This document shows, one piece after another, positions 37,428-49,100 of a DNA stretch of 64,000 bases. Position 1 is the stretch's first letter; every line of letters starts with the position of its first letter. Under the pieces are notes generated by a model that had not been told where the DNA came from, did not search any database, and saw nothing but the letters and a program-made list of their open reading frames with translations. The position numbers were made by a program, and so were the translations under genes. Source of the DNA: Paragordius varius (Eukaryota; Animalia; Nematomorpha); assembly GCA_964247055.1 (NCBI GenBank), contig OZ176053.1, positions 7,874,001-7,938,000 on the forward strand. The letters are read 5' to 3'.

Positions 37428-38801
37428 TTAAAAAAGGTTGTCAGCAGGTGTCAAATAGCAAGCTAAGGCAAAAAATACGGATGTCTCAAAATTTAATTTT
37501 GCATTCTTGTATGACAAATTTTTGAATTGCAAGCTATTTTCATAATAGGTTTGACACGTACTGTTAGAAAGATATATATCTTTGTCAACACTAAATGGAT
37601 TATTTTCTGATTTATTACTAATGCTATAATTATTATAATTAATTTCCTTTTCCGAGGCTTTATCGGTCTTTTTGTAATTTATCACTGGATTTTTGTGCAA
37701 ACGATGTTTACAGAACAATATAAACATATTACCATAATTTCGCAATCGAAAAATTATATCGCTTGTTAAATTAAGTTTATAATTGGGAGAATTTTCTATG
37801 TCCTGTTTAAATTTCAGTGCTAGTTTAAAAGCCTTGGCACAAGTTAAAAACGGTAGAAGAAACCAAAAACCCTTCATAATTGCAAAGGTTAAGTATATGA
37901 AATATGGCAGAAATAATAAAATCCAATAGAACACAATTGAAGACACTGGGCCGATAATGTGTGCGAATGTTAAAACCAAAATATTATCTAACTTAATATT
38001 TTGTGAATTCTTTGTAATTTGGTCACCTTGATTGATCTTACCTTTTCCATTCATATGATTGTACGAATTTGGTTTATTATTGATGAATTCAGTATCCTTT
38101 GTGGGGCATAAAAATGCATCGAAAGTATTGTTACTATGTAAAACACATTCAGTATTGAAAAATAGAGGTAGGGAATACAATATTATGGCATATGAGGTGT
38201 GATCCCATGATATTTTACCCGTTTGTGCCAAAAAACTGAATAAAACACACACAGGCCCAAAAATGAGCATTGCAACTAAATCTCCCAATCCAGCAAAATA
38301 TTTTAATCCGATACCACCGCCTGTGTATAAAAATGAGCCTGACATACCACCAAAGTACACTAACGCCAATAATTCCAAAGGGGATGGAGATATTATGGAA
38401 AGCAATAAAAGGCAAATAAATGCAAAGATGTAAAGTGCACCTGCTAAATTGACGACTTCGGATGGACTTAATATTTTGTCAATAAGTATTCTATCCCTTG
38501 CGTTGACGCCTTTAAACGTATCCACACCAGTGTAATAATCATAATATGAATTCACCAAATTACCTGCCCCATGTATTGAGAGTGATATAATGAGCGTTAA
38601 AAGAAGAACTAGGGGATCAAAAAATGTTCGGCATTCGTTGTCAGCTTCCCCACAACTATCCTGAGTTTGAATATATTCTCCATATTTCAAAGCCAGAATT
38701 GCTCCCAAAATAATAGGTGCTGCGGATGCACTAAATGTCCATGGTCGTAATGCAAATAAATAATTTAGGTAGTGCTGAATCGCTGCTTTAAAATTTATCA
38801 T
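37428..38801 (-). CDS. UBIAD1: UbiA prenyltransferase domain-containing protein 1 (heix-like), single ORF of 457 aa with long insertions
   Basis: ALRPWTFSAS, HGAGNLVNSYYDYYTGVD, DRILIDKIL, GSFLYTGGGIGLKYFAGLGD, HSNNTFD, AKLN. Confidence 0.95.
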   Translation of the reverse strand: MINFKAAIQHYLNYLFALRPWTFSASAAPIILGAILALKYGEYIQTQDSCGEADNECRTFFDPLVLLLTLIISLSIHGAGNLVNSYYDYYTGVDTFKGVNARDRILIDKILSPSEVVNLAGALYIFAFICLLLLSIISPSPLELLALVYFGGMSGSFLYTGGGIGLKYFAGLGDLVAMLIFGPVCVLFSFLAQTGKISWDHTSYAIILYSLPLFFNTECVLHSNNTFDAFLCPTKDTEFINNKPNSYNHMNGKGKINQGDQITKNSQNIKLDNILVLTFAHIIGPVSSIVFYWILLFLPYFIYLTFAIMKGFWFLLPFLTCAKAFKLALKFKQDIENSPNYKLNLTSDIIFRLRNYGNMFILFCKHRLHKNPVINYKKTDKASEKEINYNNYSISNKSENNPFSVDKDIYLSNSTCQTYYENSLQFKNLSYKNAKLNFETSVFFALACYLTPADNLF

Positions 38802-39054
38802 CCAAAGGTGAAAATTTAAAACTAAAAAATACTACAACCATCTGGAGTTTCAAAAACATTTCCATATGAGAAATAGTAGTAAAAAAATAGATTTTATTCT
38901 ATTGTAAAAATCTCAACACTATTAAAGTATTTGTGATTTTGTTATCAAAACACGCACGTTATATGAAACATGTACATAAAAGTATTGTTATTTTAGTTTT
39001 GGAGATTTCCAGTTATGAAACAGGTGATTACCTTAGTTTTATAAGCATTTAAGG

Positions 39055-41492
39055 CAGTGATACTCAAACCGCGGCCCGCGGGCCCCATGCGGCCCTAAGA
39101 GTGCTTTAAAATTGCCCTATGACCATATTGATACTTAAATTATTTTTTTTATGGATGAATTTTTAAAATACACATACTCGGCTTATTTTAATATTAATTT
39201 ATTTTATTTAGTTTTAATTTTGGTAAATATTTTTTTACCATTTTGAAATGTGGAAAAATCTCCCTACATCAAAAAGATTTTATAAATTTGGCACATGTTG
39301 TTTCTGTTTCTGTATTCTATATTCTTTTCTATTTTGAATTTTATTGCATTTTTGTATTTAAGCAAGCCTTTTACTCAAACTTGCTACGTATTTTCATTGC
39401 TATCCTGCATTATATTTATAACTCATTCCCATAAATATTTCAAATCAACATCATTTAATTTCGACCTGTTTTTTTTATAGCATAATACAATTTATACTCC
39501 TATATTTTTGAAAAAATACATAATATATAAACATATCAAGGGATGACAGCTAATGCTAAAAAACGTAAATTATGCGATAAAAATCATTCCTTTAAAAAGA
39601 ATGGGAAGAAAAATCCTTTGTCGTTTTAAATAAAAATGTTGTTACCTGCATATGTAAGGAAAACATAAGAAATACAATATTGAAACATTATACAATACAT
39701 CATTCTCATAAATTACCAGAAAATCATGAAGAAAGAAACGAAAATATAAAAAGATTAAGTACCAGAAATGAAAATCTATTGTGTCCATAGCTTTCTACCA
39801 CAAAAAAGCTGTAACATTAGCTTCGTATGAAATTTATACTTAGGAAAAAATATGGACCCGTTACTGATTCCCAAGTTTTACTTTTTTATTTAGTAAATTC
39901 CATGATAAAGATTAAATCATGAGGCAAATTAAAATAACTTCAACTTTATGATTCAACAATCGACGCATTGAAGATATGTCTTACATTATTGGCTCTGAAA
40001 AACTGCAAAGATAGTATTGCTATTGATTCTAGCACTGATATTAGTTCAACACCATTTTTCAACGACAATATAATCAACGAGGAATATTTAAAATTTTTAC
40101 CAATGAAGAATACCAGGAAAGGAAGTGAGTTTCTTGAAATAATTAGCACTTTTTTCCCATAATAATAATATATCTATAAAAAATTGGTTTCGATCTGCAC
40201 AGATAGCTGTCCCTCTATGATTGGAATAAACAGAGAATTTATTCCTCTTTTAAAAAAACAATTATAAATTGCAAAATATTTTATCCTTTTACTGCTTTAT
40301 TCATCAGCAAATCTTGGTTGCGCATTTAAAAGATGAATCACTCAATTCAGTAATTAAAACGGTTGTGTATATAGTTAACCACATCCGTGGCAGAGAATTC
40401 AACCGCCGTAAATTTAAAAACCTTCTGAACGATTTCCGTAGTGAGTTTGATCATATTCTTTTGTACACCGCTGTGAGATGCCTAAGCCTTAGCAAAGTAT
40501 TAAATAGATTTTTTGTTTTAAGACACAAAAGTCTATTATTTATAAAAGAAAACAGAAAATTTGACTAGGAAATTAATAGTGACAAATGGTGGGTTTTGCC
40601 TACCTTTGCGACATTAGTTATAAAATAAGTATTTTTAATACACGTTTTCAAGGGAGCAAAATAATAACCCAATTTGCTAATCAAATATTTGCTTTTGAAG
40701 AAAAATTAATAATATAGAAACAAGATTTTAATAAAACACTTCTATATTTTCCAATATTTATAACGATTCAAATATGGAATTTACGCGGGGATTTATTTAA
40801 TAATAAACAATCATTTACCATTTTTATCTAATAAAATGAAATTCAGATTTCAAGAATAAAGAAATATTAAAAATTGCTTAAAAATTGTTGAAAATCCATG
40901 GCATATAGATATATCCAATTTAAGCAACTTGAGCATTTCCGTTTTGATCAGGCACATATCATTGAAGAATTCGTAGATTTAAAAAATGATTCCAATTTGG
41001 AGGCTTTATTTAAGGAGGTCGTGTCAAAGAAAGATATGTAGAGTATTGGCAAGATATGCCAAATAAATATGAGAATATAAAAAGGTGCTGAAGTAATCCT
41101 AACTGTTTTTCCCTCAACTTACATGTGTGAGAAGGGATATTTAAAAATGAAATATGGCAAGAATACATACAGCAATCGCTTAACCGATGATCAAATGGAC
41201 GACGGATTAAGATTGGCTTGTCATCAGGTGAAACCAAATTTGTCAAAAATTATTGGTTTATATCAAAATAAATGTTGTTATCAAATTACCTTAATTTTGT
41301 AAACTAAATTGTGTAAAACCAGTTTTTAGCTGGATTTACATGCGATCCGCGAAAATTCATTGTGCTGATTTAGAGTATAAATATATGCATATGTGTAAAA
41401 TAGCTATGGAATATTTGCCATTATCAGATTCATGGCCCTTGAAAAAAATATATATTATTTGGCCCGTCAAATTTTTTCGGTGAGTACCACTG
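39055..41492 (+). mobile_element. hAT Buster-type copy C (2438 bp, opposite orientation), decayed transposase
   Basis: Same TIRs; perfect TSD ATTTAAGG (39047-39054, 41493-41500); remnants SIAIDSSTDIS, TDSCPSMIG, CFIHQQIL, LLYTAVRCLS. Confidence 0.95.
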
Positions 41493-43112
41493 ATTTAAGG
41501 GAATATATATATCCCAAAGTTATAAGGAAAGATATTACAATATTTTTTAAGATCTTATTTGAGTGGCCCTGTCAAAATGGAGAAGTTTTTTTCTTGGCTA
41601 AATTTTGACATCAATCAGAATAATTAGTTATTTTGCTACACTAATTTTTTAGCAAAATTTCGGTCAAATGAGAATTAATATATTTAAAGCCGAAAACATT
41701 ATAAGACCACTTTAAGATGTTACAATAACACTATTTTTCTAATACTCGATGATAAGGAACATATCTCAGATTCTTGATTTAAACTTGTTTGTTATCCTTT
41801 TACAATGTGTTTTTAATGAAGATATTTAGAATAGTCAAATATTTCTAAAAGATCTGAAACTCTGCGAATTAGTATGACATATATAGCTTTTTTATAATTT
41901 TTGGTATTCTGTTGGAAAATTCTTCCATTTTCTGATCTGAACTAATTACCTTAAAAGTGGTAATAATTTTCTTATATAACTCGTGAGGCCCAAAACCAAA
42001 ATCAGTAAGATAATCCTTATACATTATTCTATAAGAATATGCATGCATCATCAATATTTTTTATACACCCCGATTTTGTGCACAGTGTATACCAAATGCC
42101 AAAATCGAAATAATTAATTATTTTAAATACTTAGGCGATGTCATGCATTCTGATTGAATAAACTATGCAATTCAGAATAGATTACAACAGTCATGGGTAC
42201 ATTATCAACTAAAAGTACCGTTTAAACGCATATCAGCAGGAAACAAAAGTCTGATATACAAAGCCGTTGCTTTTTTATGGCAGCAAGACTTGGGTTATGA
42301 CTGTTTCTGATAAACAACTGATGGATATAGAAATTGAATGTTAATTATTCAACACCAACACCTTTAATTTCCCACACCAACTCTATGAACGCTAAAATTT
42401 ATTCGGACAAGATTTTAACATAAAAAAAAGCCACCCAGTTCGACTACATTAAACCGGAATAATGGATTTAACATTTTTTATACTCCTACAGGTAAGAATT
42501 GTAGAGGTAGACTAACTTTAAGCTGTGAAACACAATAAACAATGACCTAAATGTTGCCAATATTGATGGTAACCTGTTATGGCAAACACATAGCTTATGG
42601 ATACAATGGCTAGCCTTTCCATAAAAAATTACATCTCAAAAATTATATCCCTTATATTAATGTAAATTATTTACTGCCTTTCGTGAGATTTGGTTAGCTC
42701 TTATAACATAAATTATTTGGTTAGCAAAACTTATATTTTTAAAAATAATTTCGTTCAGCAAGGATCGTTTCCAAATAAAGCATTTAAAATCTTATGTTAG
42801 AGCCTATTCCTTTTTTTGTACTTAAACGAAAAAATAGGACCATATAAAAAATTCGATGTCTATCTAGGCTAATTGCAATTTTAAATGTCCGTTGGACCTC
42901 GTTGGTTTCTAATATATTTTAAAACAAATATAATGATTATTATTTATTATGAGGATATACACAAACATCATCTATAATAATCGCGAATTGTATGTATTGG
43001 TATCAATTAATATTTTTTATTGGTTTAAACACATAAATATCTATATAGTGAGTGTATCTATCCATCAACAATAAAAAATCAATGTAATACAATACAGCAA
43101 ATCATTAAACAT

Positions 43113-46100
43113 TTAATGTCTACGCACACTTTGCGCAGTAGTTGAATCAGAATTACCATAATAATTATTATTGTTGGCGTTATAGTTATCGTAAGGGGCA
43201 TTGGAAGGTTGATTGCTTCCACCTGTCCCTGAACGCATTTCATTAGATATATCAGATCGGTCCAAAGAACGTTCACCACCTCTTCGACGGCTACGACTCC
43301 GAACACGGCTATTGTTGGCTGAGCTTTTGTTACCTAATCCTAACACCAACAAAGATTATGGCTTATTGTTCAATTTTAATATCATTTAAGCATAAGCGTA
43401 TCATATAAACAGCCACAAAAAATAACCTGATGAAATATATATCTTCTGATAGGGAAATGTATCAGAATTATCATGGTGCTTTAGGTTTTGGCCACTGATA
43501 TAAGAAAGAAATTATTTGCACTTTTGGTAGCTGCTCCATATCAGCTCACACTTTTTTAAATAATTTTTTGGTGAGGCTTTATTAAAAATATCACTAAAAT
43601 TTATTAGAAACTACATATAAAAAGTATATATTTTTAAATGTGGGCTCCGAAAGTCTTAAATTTTTTCTCTCTCCTAAAATGGGCTAGATTTCTAACAATA
43701 AACGCAATAATGTCAAGATTGCGATACAAAAATATATGCTAAGTTTGATATCAGATAAAAATATTTTTAAATGCATACTTTTTTCAAAAATTTAATTTTC
43801 ATGTTGAAGCGTACTTCATACTTTTTTTAAGCATGATGGAAAGGGTATATTATAACGCTTTAAGATCTTATAAAAATATACAATTTGACTTGGCTGAACA
43901 TTTCAATCATCTGTGAATTTTGATTAAATATTAGTTTGTGTTCAAATTTATGTTACATATAAATTGTGTTTTATTTTTACAAAATTTTGAAACAAACCTT
44001 TCAATTAATATTCTCAAGCAATAGCATCATTCAATTATAAAGTAAAAATGTTTAGTAATATTTAAAGCGTTTTTACCGTTCCCTCATGCCTTAAAATAGT
44101 GTGAAGTATGATTCAAGAAAATTTTGCTAGAGGTCATATTTTTTTAAAAAATGTGCATTTTTTAAAAATATTAAGTTGATATCAAAATTTAGCATATATT
44201 TTATATTTATATAGCGTTTAAGGTTAGTTAAAAACTAGCCCAATTTTAAAGGCGAAAAAATTTGGGACTTTTGGAAAGTTAAAAATAATTTGTTTTATGC
44301 TTTTTGTATGTAGGGTATGATGTATTTTAGTGATATTGTTTGGAATGAATTATTTAAATTTCACCAAAAAATTTCAATAACAAAATGTTCGCAAATTTTG
44401 CCATTTTTTGATATGGAACGATACCACAAGGATAAATAACTTTCTTACAATGACCAAAACCAAAAGCACCACAATATCCTGATACATTCATTGCCCTATC
44501 AATATATATATATTTCATTAGGAAATTTTTTATACCTCCAGATTTTGGAGGTTTATATGAACAGCATCTACATATTTTACTCTGTGGATAATATAGCATA
44601 ACACACAACATACAAATATAGATTTGACTTATGACACGATGCGCAGTAAAAATATTAATAAATCATATATACAGTCATGTATGTTTAGAAATGTCAGATA
44701 TACGTTTTTAATTGATTTTACTTTGTTTTTAATTGTTTACAATAAATAAGCTATCATTATTTTAATGCTTAAAAATGCGCATGTTGAAAGTTGACATATC
44801 AAACATTAAAACAATTAAAAACAAATTATAATCATTTAAAAACAAATTTCTGTCAATTCTACATATACATGACTGTAATTCGATAGCTAAAAGCTTCAGT
44901 ATAATGAATATTGAAATATATGCGGTTAAAATACTAAAAAAGTTATTTTAATTTTTCTGTTATAAAGCCAAAATCCGAAAATCGCATTTTTATCGCACTA
45001 CGGAAAAGGTGTTTATAATATATTATATATTGGATGTTTTGTAAAAATTATAGGCAGTTTCCACTTTTATGCAAATTATAGGAATATTTTCTCTTTTAGA
45101 TAGTGTTTAAATTTTTTAAAGGCAATATAAAGAATAATATATAGAAAGTTAATATATGATTGTTTAAATAAAAATTAAAATCTTTTACCGCATATTAACA
45201 TGTTTTTCTGACTCAAATTTGACGCAGTTAATTTTTAACTTTATATTATTGTAAATTTTTCTAGGACCCTCCGAAAAAAATGTATAATCTTTATTGATAT
45301 AATTTTGCTTTTATGCTATATTTAAACAAGTAATTTAGTAAACACATATTAATCTAATTATATTTAATTTTATTTGACCTAATGTGCGATAAAAATAAAT
45401 ATTTTGATTTTTTAATAAAAGAAAAATTAAAATAACTTTATTTCTAGTATTTTAATCGCACAAATTATTTAGATATTCATTATCCTGAAGCTTTTAGCTA
45501 TCAAACTATATATGATTGAACCTTTATTCTTAGATCCCCATTTTTAACGCACAGTGTAATACAACTTTATGGAAAAAATTAATTAAAAAGGAGTTTCTTT
45601 TCGGCCAATCACTCCAATAAATTAATTATGACGGTAAACAATGTAATGGTTGATGAAATAAATACAATAAATAAGTAGCTAAAATGACAATTAGTATTTT
45701 ATGCTTAAAGTGTCATTAAATATGTTTACCATACTATAGAAAAATATATCAATGATACCATTAATTGTTGTATCTAGTCTTGCAAATTGGAAATTAAAAA
45801 AATGGCATTTTACTTTATAATTCAAGCATATAAATTGTTTCTATTAAAATATGGTCAATAAACTAAAGGATTTCGTCTGTAATTCCGAATAAAATGGATT
45901 TGATTAACGTATATATTTTGATTATTATAACGAATAAAATATTAATTTTAATTTCGATCATCATGGCATGATCTTGATCATAGTGGAAGAGATTGAAAAG
46001 CCCCTTAATTATATATATACTAGTTTATCTCCAGTATTTTTAATCCGTTTATTGTTTTTACTCATTTTCCAAATTAGTACCTCATTTTGCCACTGTGATC

Positions 46101-49100
46101 AAGATCATGCTATTATGATCGAAATATAAGCTTTATAATCAAAATTTTTACGATGTGTGTAATTACTTTCACGAACGCTACCCTTATTATCTCTACTATC
46201 ATCACGGCGGTCAGCATGGGAAGGAGGAGGGGATTGACCAGATGGCGCATGTTTACGGCTCTGATTATGCTGATGGTGATGATGATATCGTTCCCGAGAC
46301 GGGCTTCGTCTTCGTGATGAATAAGTGCTGTTGTGATGATGGTAATAATCACGGTCTCGATCGCGGTCATCTCTGTTTCTGTCTCGATCTCGGTCCCGCG
46401 ATCCAACGTTTCGGTAATTATCTCCGCCATAGCTGCTATCTTTATCTCGATCACTGCGTCTAACATTTAATACACGGTAAAAATTTTGGAGGATCGATCG
46501 TTTGGAAAAAGAATTAATTATACATTATTCCATCCAAGTTGAATATACCTAAATTATAAACCGGCACCAAATACTTAATTTCAATCCTATAAACAATGCG
46601 ATTACAATGTGTAGTTATTTTTAAAAAACAAGAAGATATACATGATAAAAAACCATGAAAAATAATTCAATAGAATTACCATCTGAACGGGTAAGCCCTA
46701 TAGTGCATAATTTAAAACAATAAATGATCAAATCTAAAAATCGAAGAAATGCCCTCAAAGGCGTACCGTACTTCGATTATTTGCAGTTATAATCCTTTTA
46801 TTCGAACATTATTATCATCAGTCACAAGGTTATTCAACCAAAAATGACAAATAACATATTTTGGGTATACAGAACTTACTGTTGTTAAAATCCGTAATAT
46901 AATGATAAAGGATAATTAAATACAATTAAATGAAATCATAAATAGAAATTTAAACGATATATGAAACCCTTCGTCAATAGTAATCAATATCATCTTTATC
47001 TTATGTTTCTTATCATAATAGAGTGCTTCTTAGTTATTAAATTGATTTCTATGAAATCCCTAAGTAGCTATACTCTAAATCTAGGCTCACCCCTAGAGTT
47101 AATTTTCAGTTTATTTTCAAATTTTCAGTTTAATTTTCATAAATTACATTAAATTTAATTTAAATTTGTATAACCAACTGCATTTATACCAAAATTGCAA
47201 AGTTGGATATATATACGAAATCGATATGTGAAAACTCCAAGTCAAATAGTTGTGTCGTACTGATGAGTGCTAACAAGCACGAAACTAGTCTGCGATTACT
47301 ATTGATGAAGGGTTTCATATATCGTTTAAATTTCTATTTATGATTTCATTTAATTGTATTTAATTATCCTTTATCATTATATTACGGATTTTAACAACTG
47401 TTAATACAGAACTTACGTCAAATCTTAATGTTATAAATTAGATTAGGTATAACGCACTAATGATTCGGGCTCAGTTAAGGGTATATCTTTCGAAACAATA
47501 AGAAAATAAAAATACCTAGATCCAATGTGTGAGGGCATCCCTCCACCACTGTATGATTTAGTTTCTATTCCATGCAATGTGTCTTCAAGCGATTCAATCA
47601 ATATCTTACATCGTTCATCCTGAGCAATTTTGGTTTGTTTGATAAGAGATATGGCTGTAACGAGTGTTTCTATGGCAACACCAAACTCTCCAACACTCGC
47701 ATCCGCTACGGCTCTTGAAATGGCTGTACTTGAAATAGTTTTATTGCGATTCATGATATCTTCGAATTCTTCCTCAGACACGCCTAAATTTCTGCAATGA
47801 TATGGAGCGTACATTAATTTATAAATGATAAAATTCCGATTCTGCAATACTAGTTTAATACGGAAACAAAAAAATTTTATGGAGAGCACAAATGTGATTT
47901 GCTTAAAATTTATAAAGTCCAAATGACTCCAAATACCATTAACACTACTAATATGACATAATTAGAATTTTTAATTTACCATTTACCATAATAACCATAC
48001 TTTTTATAAGAGTATATAAACTCGCATTCTTTTGAACTTAAAATAAAGAAAAGACTAGGTATTATCACCAGTTAAAACCATTTTGATTTTGTAACGATTA
48101 AATTTTATGAGCATGGTTAGTTTATAATGATATAAAATATTCCACAAATTTATCCAAAATTAAAACATGATTTTATTTCTAAAAAATTGCAATTTACGCA
48201 TATCGATCGCCACGCGAATTCCCATCTCCCAAACGATGGTTATATGAACGAGGGGGAGAACGGTTGTAAGAAGAATTGTAAGAGCGATATTGATCTAATA
48301 TGTATACAATGAATATTAGTAGCCATATGTTATATATATAAAATGGCGGGAGAAAACGCAGATTACCACAATCAACTAAATAAGACTATGACTAACTTTA
48401 ATGCGGTATACAATATCATTATAAAATATCATACATATATATTAATCCCAGGTAGAAAATCAACGTTTGAAACCTTGTTTTAGCAACTATGTCATTGTAC
48501 AGTATACTGTACTTCATAATATATAAACATTTTTTCCCCTTTTTCCCAATTTTCACCCATAGCTTAATATAAAATTATCATTAAAAGCTCTTTCTTTCAA
48601 ACTAAACTCGATAATAATATAATCTAATTGCTACCTTCTCCGTCTCTGTCTCCGCGGTGAGAATGTGAATGTGGGGGAGATCTCCCACGTGGACTCATTC
48701 GTCTAGCTGCATATTCATCATCCCTTCTTCTCCGATCCATATCACGGTCATCATGCTTATTAGAGTCAAAATTATAATTATAAATACATAACGTCGTAAA
48801 AAAATTAAAAAAGACAACCACATTGTCGTAAATTGTTTTTAAATGAGATTCAAGTTGGCAACACACACACACTCTATTATATTTTTTATATTGTAGCTAT
48901 AATGCGCTCGATCGCACCCCTAAAGGATAATGCCATACGAACTTAATTCAAACTGATGAGCGTCTATAACCATAGTATAAAGGTTATATCGAAAAAAAAG
49001 AAGATTTGAAATAATAGTATAGTATGACGTACTGTCTTTATAACCACAAAAAAATAATTTAGCGTTTATGTTTTTGTCTGCATAAAATTTGCAAAAATTC

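Noticed and set aside
42195-42310. LKVPFKRISAGNKSLIYKAVAFLWQ resembling a CR1/L2 RT C-terminus
   Set aside because: Too short, with no upstream RT motifs or tail.
46113-46466. Track ORFs 46113-46466 (-) and 46155-46463 (+)
   Set aside because: Shadow frames of the CPSF6 RS/RD exon, which is in another frame.
46790-46825. Second hammerhead-like string on the minus strand (CTGATGA...CGAATA)
   Set aside because: No GAAA core, no stem II pairing and no NUH site with stem I.
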